The notes under the pieces: model-generated
What the model saw: only the letters and a program-made list of their open reading frames with translations
Database searches by the model: none
What the model was told of the DNA's origin: nothing
Made by a program: the position numbers and the translations under genes
Source of the DNA: Eledone cirrhosa
Taxonomy: Eukaryota
Assembly (NCBI GenBank): GCA_964016885.1
Contig: OZ024743.1
Span: forward strand, 186,620,001 to 186,684,000
Length of the DNA: 64,000 nucleotides
Direction of reading: 5' to 3'
Shown: positions 23,655 to 36,935 of the stretch, piece after piece
Layout: every line of letters begins with the position of its first letter
Position numbering within the stretch: the first letter of the stretch is position 1

Positions 23655-23832
23655 TGACAGAAGACCAAAGAGTTTGTCAGATGACTAGAAAGTTTGTCGA
23701 CTAGAGAGTTTGACGGACGACTAGAGAATTTGACAGAAGACTAGAGAGTTTGACAGAAGACTAGAGAGTTTGACAGACGACTAAAGAGTGTCACAGAAAT
23801 TCAGAGAATTTGACAGAAGACCAGAGAGTTCA
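23655..23832. repeat. ~20-bp minisatellite (GACTAGAGAGTTTGACAGAA)n, about 8-9 units
   Basis: Direct inspection of tandem units. Confidence 0.9.
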
Positions 23833-24043
23833 GATGTCTTTGAGTTAGTGTATGAATAGAAACAACACTGTCCAAGATGTGAGTGCAGTACTCCATTATG
23901 TGTCACACCTGAGCATTGTAAAGGGTTAATAGCTGTGGGAGAGAGAGCTGGAATAATTTCTGACTCTGCAGGAGACAAATTATAATTGGTTTAAATTTTA
24001 TATCTAACTTATACTAGTGGGAGTGGTGTGGAGGGGCAAAGTT

Positions 24044-24140
24044 CTATAGAGGATTAGTGGTCGGCAAGTGCGACGACGCACTCGGAGAGGCTTTGGGCGT
24101 CGAGGAAGTCGAACTAACCAGTCTGTTCCGGAGGACTTTC
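24044..24140. mobile_element. 97-bp CpG-rich insertion flanked by a perfect 23-bp direct repeat
   Basis: GAGTGGTGTGGAGGGGCAAAGTT at 24021-24043 and 24141-24163. Confidence 0.7.
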
Positions 24141-24529
24141 GAGTGGTGTGGAGGGGCAAAGTTTGCAAAATAATGTGATGGAAAGAAAGAAACACAAAAA
24201 GATAGGGTTAATAGCCATATCAATGCCTACAACAATAATGTAACATATCGATCTAACTTGTTGGCTACTGCATTTTATCTCACCACTTACCTTAATGGCA
24301 GTTCAGGTAATTGTCTTGAATTATTTATAATAATGTGGTAAAAATACATACTGGGAATATTACCTCTTGGGTATGTATAATAAGGGAGAGCGAGAATGGT
24401 GTGTGGTAGAGGGAGGTAGAACATGGTATTGGAAACACTACAGTGTCAGTGAAAGACAGACAGGGCATGTGTGACTATGTCGGCATGTAGGTGATTGTTG
24501 TGTGGGGAAATGAGTGTAAGGAAGTGAGT

Positions 24530-24852
24530 TATGTGTTTATGAGAGAAGTTTGGTGTATATGTGTGAGTGTGGTGGTGGTGGTGGAAGTGTGTATGTTTGT
24601 GTGTATGGTGTTGTTGGAGGTGGTGATGGTGGTGTGGAGTATGTGCATATGAGTGTGTGTGGTGGTGGTGTCTGGTGGTGTGTGGTGTATGTATCTGGTA
24701 GTGTGTGTGTGTGGTGTTAGTGGTGGTGATGGTGGTGGTGTGTGTGCATGTGTGTGCGTAGTGGTGTGTGTATGTGGTGGTGGTTGTGTGTGCATGTGTG
24801 TGTGTGTGGTGATGGTGGCTCTGTGTGTGTGTGAGTGTGTGTGTTTGAGTGC
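24530..24852. repeat. (GT)n/(GGT)n low-complexity tract
   Basis: Direct inspection. Confidence 0.9.
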
Positions 24853-24982
24853 ATATTGGCTACAAGTAAGCACAGATTGTGACACAGTAAATAAAGTGTA
24901 TTAGCAGTAAGTAAAAGTCTGAGTGTAATTAGATAGATGTGATGTATGTTCATTATTGGCAGTATTTTCATTATTGGCAGTA

Positions 24983-25550
24983 GGGCGGTGGATTGGCAGT
25001 ATCGGTAGAGGGTCGGACGCCATACTTTCCAGCATAGTTACGTCCCTTTACGATCTGAGTTCAAATCTCGCCGAGGTTGACTTTGCCTTTCATCCTTACG
25101 GGGTCGATAAAATAAAGTACCAGTAATGCACTGGGTAATTGCTGGCCTTGTGCCTAAAGTAGAAACAATTATTGGCAGTATCAGTAGAGGGTCGGACACA
25201 ATGCTTTCATGCATAGAGTTACGGCCCTTGCCATTCTGAATTCAAATCCCGCCAAGTTTAACTTTGCCTTTCCCCCTTACGGGGTTGATAAAATAATGTA
25301 CCAGTAATGCACTGGGGTAATAGCTGGCCTTGTGCTAAAAGTAGAAACAATTATTCACTCAGTGGGCGGTAGATTGGCAGTATTGGTAGAGGGTCAGACA
25401 CCATGCTTTGTTGCATAGAGTTATGGCCCTTGCCATTCTGAATTCAAATCCTGCCGAGGTTAACTTTGCCTTTCATCCTTATGGGGTTGATAAAATAAAG
25501 TACCAGTAATGCACTGGGTAATTACTGGCCTTGTGCCAAAAGTAGAAACA
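24983..25550 (+). mobile_element. Three head-to-tail tRNA-SINE copies
   Basis: Units at about 24983-25167, 25171-25349 and 25364-25550. TSDs ATTATTGGCAGTA (24970, 25168) and ATTATTCACTCAGT (25350, 25551). Confidence 0.92.
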
Positions 25551-26486
25551 ATTATTCACTCAGTAATTCCTGGAGAAAGAAGAAGAGAGACAGTTTGTCT
25601 TTAGCACTAAATCAGAAGATGGACAGAAACATCAGTACAATACGCTTTCCTTTACCTTTCCTCTTTTGCTTGGCTGTAAAATTATAACATGAGTTGAATC
25701 AAAGGATTTACAAGATAATTGATCATAATTAGTAAGTCTATAGTGAAATGATTTAAGAGTTTGAACTAATAGATTCCCAATCACCTTAGATTAATTCAAA
25801 TACACTGCATGTAGTATAAATATGAGATTTTCTTTCCATCTTCTGACACTGGTTGCATGGCTTTACAAATTTATATATTTGTATATATTTCTAATGTGTG
25901 CATGTATTTTATATATATGTATGTATAACCATGTATGTGTACTTGTATGTGACCATGTGTGTATGGGTGTTTGTGCATTTGTGTGAGTGTGTGTGTGTCT
26001 GTGTGCATGTGTGTGTGTGAATGCATCTGTGCATATTTCTTTATGTTACTGAAGACAGGAAAGCATCATCTATAAGTGAAGATGTCACCAAATACAAGCA
26101 AAGTATTTATATAATGACTGAACGAAATTATTCAAGGGTGTCATTTGCTTAAACAATAATAATCAAATTAGAGCCATCACACTTAATGAAGTGAAGAAAA
26201 AAAAAAACTAATTAATTAATAATACTTATTCAGTGAAAAGAGAAAACATTAGGTTAATGACTAATAATAATTTAATCTAATTTTGGCAATTATGGCCAAC
26301 AATTTCAGACATATTTCAGTATTATTAGACCACCTCAATAAAACACAGACTTTTCCTTACTTGCCAGATTAGGGATAAGGGAATACTGATGTACAATAAC
26401 AAACAAGAATACACATTAAACATTATCATGATGACTGAAGGATTATTATCTATGCCTGCCTGTATACATTGTATGTATGTATAGAC

Positions 26487-26920
26487 CAGTGGTGAAGGGT
26501 AACCTGGAAAGCAGGGCATGCAGTCCAATCGCCATGGTGGAAACTGGGGCTGTGCAGCCTTACGCCTCCCCCCCCCCATGGTGGAAACTGGGGCTGTGCA
26601 GCCTTACGCCCCTCCCCCCCAATTCTCTCTAAATGACCCTCTCGGTCAAAGCTGCATGTAGTGTTATCTTGTGTGTGTGTGTGTTATCTTTTTATGTGTC
26701 TACGATTTAGCAAGCAGCCAAAATTCTGCTTGCTTCAACCGACGCTGTCATGTGTTTGTGTGTGTATGTTGTCTTTTTATGTGTCTACGATTTAGTAAGC
26801 AGCCAACATTCTGCTTGCTTCAACCGACACAATTGATCAACTCAAGATTCTATAACGCATGCACTGTGTGAATTGCACGCATGCACTGCATGCATTGCAC
26901 GCATGCACCCTTCGCCCCTG
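26487..26920. mobile_element. Non-autonomous hAT element with 8-bp TSD
   Basis: TIRs CAGTGGTGAAGGGT / ACCCTTCGCCCCTG (12/14 match); TSD GTATAGAC at 26479-26486 and 26921-26928; internal 39-bp and ~78-bp tandem duplications. Confidence 0.85.
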
Positions 26921-27154
26921 GTATAGACCCATAACTTCTGGTGGAGTTGTAGGGGTGCCATGGTGACATATGGCATTTCTAGGGCATATTAAACCTGGCA
27001 GAGCCCATCCCTCACCAGGTCTGAACACAGCTGATTTCTTCCAGAGAAAGAGAGATTGATAGAGAGGATGTGAGATAAAGATATAGAGGAAGAATCAACA
27101 GCAGTATTTAACTGGTACTTTTTTAATCAACCTTGAAATTGCTATTATTTGAAC

Positions 27155-27360
27155 GTTTGACAGAATCGGTAGAGCGTTGGACACCAACTTTGCAACACAG
27201 AGTTACATCCCTTTATGTACTGAGTTCAAATCCAACTCAGGTTAGCTTTGCCTTTCATCCTTACAGGGTCAATAAAATAAAGCACCAGTAATGCACTGGG
27301 GTTGATGTAATCGACTTTCCCTCCACCAAAATTGTTGGCCTTGTGCCTAAATGAGAAACC
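27155..27360 (+). mobile_element. tRNA-SINE nested in an older antisense SINE
   Basis: B-box gagttcaaatcc and family body; TSD ATTATTTGAAC at 27144 and 27361. Confidence 0.8.
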
Positions 27361-27588
27361 ATTATTTGAACTCAGAAAGCAGAAAGTTACAAAGTATTTT
27401 AGCTAATATTCTAATGACCCTGCCAATTCACTGCCTTCCTTGTTACATTACTGTACATCAATATAGTGATTCTCTTATCACTGATCAAGCAAATATGGAA
27501 AAAATCTATACCTTGTTGTGAAGGTCTAATAATACCAAAACATGTACAGAGTTATTGCTCATAATTGCTAAGATCAGATTAAAATAAT

Positions 27589-27760
27589 TGTTTCTACTTT
27601 TGGCACAAGGCCAGCAATTATCCCAGTGTATTACTGGTACTTTATCGACCCCGTAAGGATGAAAGGCAAAGTTAACCTCAGTGGGATTTGAACTCAGACC
27701 ATAAAGGGCCGTAATTCTTTGCTGCAAAGCATGGCGTCCTACCCTCTACCAATACTGCCA
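27589..27760 (-). mobile_element. tRNA-SINE, minus strand
   Basis: Reverse complement of the family consensus; TSD ATTAAAATAAT at 27578 and 27761. Confidence 0.88.
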
Positions 27761-29765
27761 ATTAAAATAATATCAGTCATTGATTTAATATTTTTCTCAC
27801 TGTATAAGTAATATTAATTAATTAGATATATGTCTAATCATATATCTGGGTAGGTTTGTATATGCATTAGGGCAAACATGTATCTGGGTAAGTATGTATT
27901 TGTATATGCATTAGGGCCTAGGTTTGTTGTGATTTTGTAAGGAGTAGACTATTACAGTGTATATACATCTGCTTGCATGTATGTATAATCATGTGTATGT
28001 CCTTCTATTTCCCTGCTTATGCACATGTATGACCTAAATGACCTCCTGCATAGCTTGTATACCCACACTCTGATCTATAATTCCCCTTAACTTACACTTC
28101 TATAAATATTCTTCCACCATTACCTGTAACAATACAATCTAGATTTTAAAATCCCAATTGCCTCCATTTGTTATCAATATCATTCACAATCTTCAAATAA
28201 TTATCTTGCATTTCAATACTAGCTTTGAATTTTCTATAAACATATGATAACTACACAAACAACACTCTAAATTCTTTGAATATTTATTAACAATTCCTCC
28301 AAATAAAACTGGCCACCATTTCAAACACATTGTCTTTTTCCATGCACCCCAAAGTTCTTTAAAATTAACTAATTAAATACAAACACTTTACATTGCACAC
28401 TAGTGAACATCTTCCCACATTGTCTGAGTATGGAAGTGCTGGTGCCGTGAAAAAAGCACTGAACCATAGAAATCATGCCAAAATAAATGAATGAGCAAGA
28501 CGTCTGACCTTCCTGTCTAGCTTCAGAGTGGAATAACCCATCTAACCCATGCTGGCATCGAAAATAGATGAAAATGGTGCTATATATATAATTATTTATC
28601 CTTTTTTAATGTGAAGTCTATCTGTTTGTTTAGTATTTCAATAAATTTATGCAGTATCTTAAATGTCTAAGCACTGAAATCACAAGTCAATATAATTTCA
28701 ACTATTTTCATCCCATTTAATTCCAAATACCATTGACCACTTTTTTTGCTATTGTCTACCAAAATCAACCATTGTAAATTATAATATGAACAATTTTTTG
28801 TGATATAATATTTTAAATATTATAGATTCTGCAATGGTTTTTTCTCCATGTTACACACTTTCTATGCAACAATAGATCATTGTTTATTAGGTTTAATATG
28901 CAATTTAGCAATCCAATACATAATGTATTTCAATCTTTTCATCCTTAAACACCTGATATTGCTGTATGTGCTATGACTCACTTTATTGTTTCCTCCTAAT
29001 GTTAATCTGCTTTTTTTGATAACTGTCACTTGTTTATTTAACATACTAATTTCTTCATGGATAACTTATATACAATATTCTTTCAGGCAATCCATATATA
29101 ATTTGCCCATATATTTAAAGGATTTAAGCTCAGGCACTTATTTTGAAACTGGGTTATATATATGTTTGAGTTTATACATTTCATCATTTTGATAAATCAT
29201 TTTTCTGTATGTCATTGATGTTGCTGTTATTCCAACGACCATTATCTTCACTATTGTCAGAAACACTGCTACCATGACCATCATAGCTGATATTGAAAGC
29301 ACTTGTATACAGTCACACAACCTGCTAGAAATAACAGTCACATATCTCACAGATTATACCCTTAAATAGGGACACATTGGATGATGTTGACTTAGATACA
29401 TTATGTATCCTTATGGGATCGATAAAATAAAGTACCAGTAATACACTGTGCCAAAAGTAGAAACAATTATGTATGGAAATAAAATACTGGATAGTTATAT
29501 CTGGAATATTTTTGATACTTATTTGATACTAATATTTTTGATACTTATTTTTGATACTTATCTGGGTTGATCTAGTATTAAACAACAAGGACAAAAACAA
29601 CAACATAGGAATAGCTGAAAAATTATTTGTGAAACAATAAAGCACCAGTAATGCACTGGGGTCGATTTAATTGACTTTCCTCTCCCCTTTAAATTGCTGT
29701 CCTTCTGCCTATAGTAGAAACCATTTTTATCATTATTATTTTCATTGTGTATTATTACTGCTTTA

Positions 29766-29882
29766 CGATCTGAGTTCAAATCCCGCCGAGGTTGACTTTG
29801 CCTTTCATCCTTACGGGGTCGATAAAATAAAGTACCAGTAATGCACTGGGTAATTGCTGGCCTTGTGCCTAAAGTAGAAACA
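29766..29882 (+). mobile_element. 5'-truncated tRNA-SINE inserted in the tail of a Dong/R4 element
   Basis: TSD ATTATTACTGCTTTA at 29751 and 29883. Confidence 0.85.
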
Positions 29883-30112
29883 ATTATTACTGCTTTAATG
29901 AGCACAGTTCTGTGCGCCTTGTTTATGAGTAGTGTAGTTTTTGCTGGTGTTGTTTCTATTGTATTAATACATTTCATAATGTCTGTACAGGGCCTAGTAG
30001 TGCTATTTTTTGTATGTTGTGTGTATTTGTAAGTCCTGGGCTTTTGGTTATCTATTTGTCTGTGTGTTTTTTTAATCATTCCCAGGGCACCTACTATTAT
30101 AGGTTTGCTTTT
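29883..30112 (-). mobile_element. R4/Dong-clade LINE 3' end (restriction-like endonuclease C-terminus)
   Basis: PIIVGALGMIKK... then frameshifted NIQKIALLG, typical of the R4/Dong C-terminus; (TAA)-type tail. Confidence 0.75.
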
Positions 30113-30498
30113 CATCTGTACGGGGTTGATAAAATAAAGCACAAATAATGCACTGAGGTAATTGCTGGCCTTATGCCAAAATTAGAAACATTACGGGGTT
30201 GATAAAATAAAGCACCAGTAATGTACTGGGGTAATTGCTGGCCTTGTGCCAAAAGTAGAATTATTATTATTATTATTATTAGTGACTTCAAAATGGTTGA
30301 CTAAACAAACACATCTTCCTCCCATAAGAAATTGTTTTCCTGTTTCTTTCTCATTCTAGTTTCATTTATCTTTCTATTTCTTTTTTCTATCTCTCATACT
30401 ATCTGCTTCAGGAGAAATCACATGTGAAATGTTAAGATTCCTTTTCTACTATATTAAGTGTTAAACTAATAATATATATCATTATTGTACTGTATCAT

Positions 30499-30633
30499 AG
30501 AGTTATGTCCCTTTATGATCTGAGTTCAAATCCTGCCGAGGTTAACTTTGCTTTTCATCCTTACGGGGTCGATAAAATAAAGTACCAGTGATGCACTGGG
30601 TTATTGCTGGCCTTGTGCCAAAAAGTAGAAACA
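30499..30633 (+). mobile_element. 5'-truncated tRNA-SINE
   Basis: TSD ATTATTGTACTGTATCAT at 30481 and 30634. Confidence 0.85.
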
Positions 30634-30899
30634 ATTATTGTACTGTATCATTCTCCTATATTGTTTTTAACATACATACATACATATATACATATATACA
30701 TAACAGACATATATACATCTATATATTCCTACCACATCTGAAGAGCTAGATATGCTGCTTTACAGATAATCAAACCAATTGCAATGCATGAATAAGCAAA
30801 ATTGTTATTCATGTGCGCTAACAATACTCATCCAGCAAACCAAGCATGCTTCATTTCCTTTTAGCCATTACAAATCTTCTGCACTCAGGGCCCATGTCT

Positions 30900-31485
30900 C
30901 ACTGCATCATCAGTCTGGAACCCCTATCTTGCTCAGAACATTGACCTCCTGGAAACTGTTCAGAGACGTGCAACCAAGCGCATACCCTCCATCAGACACC
31001 TACCATATTCTGAACGCCTTGCTTCCCTGGGCATGGATTCATTGAAGCTCCGACGTCTGGCAATGGACTTGGTAAACACCCACAAAGTTATTAACCATCT
31101 TGCCAACAACAACCCTGAGCACCTTTTTGATCTCCATGTGTCTAACACATGTGGACATGCCTACAAAATCAGAAAACAGCACAGCTCCCATGACTTTCGG
31201 AAACATTTTTCACGCTTAGATTTGCTGAAGCATGGAACAAACTGCCTGCATCAGTTGTTAGCTCCCGAGATACTGCATCCTTTAAACCCTTCATGCTTCC
31301 CGAAATTCGCCAAAACTACACCTGATGTACCTCTTCCATACACATGCACACATGTGTATATAATGACTCATGCACTGTTCATTTTCCTGACGTTTGTACA
31401 TTACCCTATGTACTATACATACACTTTTTGATGAGTTGTAGTGCACCTGAGCACTGTACACAATATTTTCATTATTATTATTATA
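30900..31485 (+). mobile_element. CR1-clade LINE 3' fragment
   Basis: ASSVWNPYLAQNIDLLETVQRRATKRIPSIRHLPYSERLASLGMDSLKLRRLAMDL...TCGHAYKI..., then WNKLPASVV after a frameshift; (ATT)n tail at about 31471-31484. Confidence 0.9.
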
Positions 31486-31519
31486 ACAGTTTGAAGACAT
31501 GATTCATATAATCTGCTCT

Positions 31520-31975
31520 TCACTATGACATTGTAGCCTTATGTTGCCATATGATTGATAATATACAACATACAGCCTTATATAACATGCTGACATACCA
31601 CCAATAAAATATATACTGTTTAGTAAAACATGATATATCACAGAAAGCCTAATATGAGATGTTGCCATATCCCATAGTCAGTCTAATATGACATGCTGAC
31701 ATACCACTAATAAAATATCATGGTATATAACATAATGTTTAATATAACAAGCTGGCATACCACTAATATAATATGACGGTATATAACATACTGTTTAATA
31801 TCACAAGATATACCAATATACAGATAGCCTAATATGAGATGCTGGCATACCATAAATAAAATATGATGGTATGTAACACACTGTTAATATCACACGGTAT
31901 ACCACATCCATAATGGCATATCTTAAAGATAGTTTAACATGATATGATGACATACCACTTAGGATGTAATACGTC
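31520..31975. repeat. Degenerate tandem repeat (units like ATATAACATGCTGACATACCAC...)
   Basis: Recurrent gctg(a/g)catacca and taatatga motifs with irregular spacing. Confidence 0.65.
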
Positions 31976-34187
31976 ATAATGACAGGGTAACTGTTAAGAT
32001 GGTAATGGGAGATAAATTAGCAATCAGTTAATATAACAGAAAAGAAGCAGCTGAATAAATTGATGTGATTTTATGCAAAATTGAATGTTTGCAGTTTGCA
32101 GCTGCACATTTAATTTCATTAGGTAGAAAGGTGTATACATACAACAATAAATATATATATACAGAATGACATACAGATCTCTACATAGGACTGCTATTAT
32201 TTACATATGTGTACAGGGAAGTTATAATCTGTACACATCTTTATACTAATTCAGATACATACTCACATTTACATACAAACACATACATTAATAAATAGAT
32301 ATTATGCATACATAAACATCTATACTAGTAGGTTCATAATTACACATATGTTGGAGTTTGTGTGCAGGTGGATGCACACATACATGTAAACACATACATT
32401 CACAAATGTGAGCATATGGATGTGCATCTCAGTTCAGTAGCAGACAATTGCAATGAGTCTGGATCAATAAATGTGCATCACCATAAAAACTGGTTCTAAA
32501 GCAGGAATTTTGTGAAGGTTATGCTGTAGAAATAATCACAGTGCTATCAACATTATCAGAAAACATGGCTGAAATTGTATTGCGGTATTTATATTTGTAT
32601 TGCTCAGTTAGCAGTTTAAATATAATTGTCTTTTTTTCTCCAGCCATCCAGGGTCAAGAGAATAAGCATCACAATATTCTGAGAACTGCACCACCTAACT
32701 ATAACATCTTTCTAAAAAACACGAGTTTGTATCGACACTCAAAAATATATATTACAGTTTACTCTGGAACCACAGCGAAAATTTACAAAATTCAACGAAT
32801 TTCAGAACCTATATGAGACAGGTAGTTGATAAAATAAATATTACCGATTTATTTGTGAGAGACTGTATCAATTTGAATTGATTCATTTTTATGTGAATTT
32901 CATATTATTTTACCACCCAAAACCCAGTCTTATTATTCACCAGCACAAAGTTTAAATTCTTTAATAATTAAAGAAAAATTATTCAGCGGTAGTCTAGTAA
33001 ACAGGAACATGTTAGAAGTTGTTTACTAAATTGCTTCAGTTTTTAATTCATTTGGATTTTGGAATTGTCTCCCTTGCCTTTCTCAACAATAATTTATTAC
33101 TATAACTAATGAGTTTTCTAGTCACTATGGATGTAATTTTAATTTATGAAAATATTTTTTTTCTGCTACATTAAGTATACTATCCTCAACTTTACTATAT
33201 ATCCATATAAGTACATACTCAAACCATACTGAAAAATCTTTAAAAATGAAAGGGTGCATTCAACAATGTAGATCATGATATACAAACAGAAAGGATGGTC
33301 ATTGCTGGAATACCTCTGAATATGGGTATGCTTTATAAAAACTGTCATAGACTGAACAACAATAACAACACAGTATACAAGGCACATTCAACTTTAACTC
33401 ATTCATTACTATGATTTTAACAAGAGACACTATGATTTTCAAATAATTTTGAAACTAGTGAAGAATTTGAAGGGATTTAAGAAAATAACTAACGTGCTCA
33501 TTATTCAGTTGGTGTTTGGGACACAACAAATTTCTTATATAAAATTATGTTTGAAGGTTTTTTTAGATAAACATAATCACTTTAACCCTTTAGTATTTAC
33601 ATTACTCTTACATTACTCTATATTCACTACAGCCGGTTTGAACAGAAAGAAGTGAGAGAATTCTGGCTGGTTACGGCCAGTTTAAATGCTACATTAAGTA
33701 TACTATCCTCAACTTTACTATATATCCATATAAGTAAATACTCAAACTACATAACTACATACTTAAAACTAACAGCTCTGTAAAGTAAAAATGAAGGGTT
33801 TCAGGCACTCTGGTACTGAAACAGTTAAGCAAATATTCTAATGGAACCAAATAGCCAGTGTAGTTACTTTCACTACCAATAGGCAATGTATTTTTGAAAT
33901 TTTTGTAGTTGTAAGTAGCAACAAAATGAATAATCAACAAATTGTTTTTAGAAACGTTGAACAATTTACTGATTTTTGAAAATTAAGTTAACTTAATTGT
34001 ATTTTATACTATGAAATGACTGATTGTTAAGAACCTTAAAAAACAGAAAGGAATGACCAGCCTCACTCTGGTCTAATGATATCACAGCTGCATGGTATTC
34101 AACAAGTGGGATTCAACAAGTCCCAGAGGTAATGCTGTCCTCTTCCCCACCTCTCTTGGGGCTTATTTGCCCAACATACATTACTTT

Positions 34188-34272
<85 letters not shown>

Positions 34273-36369
34273 GGAGATACACAAACATACACCATTCACT
34301 GTTGACATAATGTCTGACATCAGGTTATTTCAAAATGGTAGTAGTGGTTGTAGTTGAAACAATGTACAGTGGAACCTGCATCTTAACTTTTCTTGCAATA
34401 AAATACAATCAACTTTATAAGTATATATCCACATAAGTCATTCTTAGTATTCACATTATTTTCATAATTATATTTCTAGACTTGACAGTTAATTAAACAA
34501 TGTGGTTGAGAGGCAGAAAATATTAGAATTCAGGTTTAAATTCATTACAACCTTTATTTTCAGAAAAATCAGGTATAACTGTAGATGTGGGGTGGTGGTG
34601 GTGATACAAACACTAACCATGTACTAGAGGTGAATTAATGAACTATGCACCTCTTTATGAATTTGTGTTTTCAGGCTAAGTAAAGGGTGGTCATGTGACC
34701 TCAAAAGTAGAATGCTTAAATAGATGCATTATATATAACTAGGTCGATAAAATAAAGTACCAGTAATGTACTGGGTAATTGCTGGCCTTGTGCCTAAAAT
34801 AGAAACAATTATATATAACTAGTTCAGAATCCCAGAAATGAGTACTGCATGCAATATTTAAACATTAATGTTCTTTTTCTAGTTAGCTATTGAGAAGGCT
34901 TTAACTTCTATACCATAACATCTGCCCACTTTCATTTAAACATTTCATAATACTTTCACCAAAGTCTCTTTGTTAATTACTGAATACAGAATTAGCCATA
35001 GTAAATGCAAAGTAAAGTCAAAAGCCCTTATCAATACAATTATCAGCATTCCATGTTAAAGTCTATCATCCAGTAAATGTATTCAATTGAATGTTTACAA
35101 GATTTGGTACAAACGAGTTAGTGACCCTTCAAGTTTACACTTGAACTGAAATAAAGAGAAAATATGACTCTAGCAATTATTCAATGAACATATCTGTAAG
35201 GCAGTTCACAAAAGCAGTGTCTCCTTTTATTGACTATCATTTACAAAATATTGATGTTAAATCTCTGCCTTCAATTAGCGACATTATAGAATAATACCCT
35301 CCAACTCTCTAAACTCTTAAACTGATACAGAATTCTCTTCAAGTATTTCAATAGCTGACAGTTTACAGAGCATAATTTTATATAATATTGATGCTCCAGC
35401 ATTCAATTGCACTAAGCAGGAAAGTTTTGACACCTACTTGTATTGAAATTTTAATGTCAGCCATTTCTAATTATAGCCCATTTTATCAGTTTCTCTACAT
35501 ATATGTTTCAACCAATTTTGATCCCATATTTTACATTAGTAACTTCAAGAGTTAAATATTGATAAAAGTAAAGCCGAATGGGAGTATAAAACTTAATTAT
35601 CATCAAAATCTACCCTCCTAAAAGAAACCAAATCAATATCTATTGAATATATTTTATTATTGGTTGCGCAAACCACATAATTGGGTAGCAGTCACTGCAG
35701 TGTACAACAATACAACAGCTGCAACCTGATGATGTCTGTCACCCTCAAAACCATTAATTGGATCAGGTTAGTTGTTATTTGGTTGAGCTGGCATTTGCAT
35801 TTGCTTCAATTCATGGATAATATGGGTTTGGTTTGGATTTGTTGACGTTCTAGTTGAAGTAGGTATGGTCTTATATATATCCATTTTTGTTGGCCTAATT
35901 GTTTACCATCACTAAGTACTCAGTTATAAAGAAAGAGTGTATAATATTAAATATGGAAAGTAAAGATTCAGAGGTGTTACATTTAAAGTTAGCAAGTATC
36001 ATGAATTATTTATTATTTGCAATGAATGTGATGGTTTTAGTTACGTAGAGTTTATAAATATGGAGGATAATGCGAACCTGTTTATGACAAAAATGTTCTG
36101 TCAGTATGGACAGAATTGGGAGATCTCTGTGGGTATAGATATAGATAGGTAAACCATGAACATGTGGCATTTAGATTGGAGTCAAAGGAGTAGAAAAAAA
36201 TATGTTTGGAAGTAGGAAGTGACCAGTGTCATGTGTGTGCGTGGTAGGAGTATTTTATTGTGGGGCAAATCTTTATATTAAATATCACTTGTTTAAAAAG
36301 CTATTAGCTTATAAAAAATTATAGGCATTATATCTTCCTTTATATGGTATGGTTGTTGCATGTATTCAG

Positions 36370-36935
36370 AACCCCAACGTGCATGCCAAACTCTTCACTC
36401 TAGTTATTTTAATTTTAACCTTGCTGACTGCACCTCTGTATATGGCTTGTACTGCCCTCACAAGCCACTCTCTTACCTCTAGTTTCCTAAGTGCCCACCA
36501 TATTACTGAATGTCAAAAGCTTTTGCTAGGTCAACAAATGCCAAGCAAAAGCGGTTTACTTTTAACTAAGTACTTCTCCTGCTGTTACTTCACAAGGCAT
36601 CTATGGTACTATTACCTGGCCCAAATCTGAACAGTATCTAATCTAGTTTAATTCGATCTCTAATCAGTTGTACAATCTCTCTTTCTGTAACTTTCATGAC
36701 CTAGTCCATCAGTTTGATGCCTCAGTAGTTTCCTCTGTCTAGAATACCTACTCTGCTTAACTTGTAATCATTTCCCACACTCCAAAAATTGTAGCATTCT
36801 TGCTGATCCCCTCTTCATCTAGTCTCTTTTACATAACACATGTCCACTCTTTTTTTTGCTCTAACATATCCCAAATCTTTCCTGATCTTCCACTCAATGT
36901 GCCTGCATTAATGGTCACAACTCTGAAGTTTTGGA
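36370..36935 (-). mobile_element. Decayed, internally deleted RTE (EN N-terminus joined to RT segment)
   Basis: Minus strand FRVVTINAGTLSGRSGKIWDMLEQK (EN start) followed closely by NY.GIKLMD..MKVTER and LRKL.V.EWLVRAVQAIYRGAVSKVKI. Confidence 0.8.

Noticed and set aside
23655-23832. Regular 20-bp repeats considered as a CRISPR-like array
   Set aside because: Units are contiguous with no unique spacers and no cas genes; ordinary minisatellite.
25656-25673. 18-nt minus-strand micro-exon candidate (ttttacag CCAAGCAAAAGAGGAAAG gtaaag)
   Set aside because: Too short to support without transcript data and does not match the expected next alpha2delta exon.
34880-35700. Possible decayed coding sequence (also 45840-46470 and 47030-47430)
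   Set aside because: Probably old transposon remnants, but no motif could be read with confidence.
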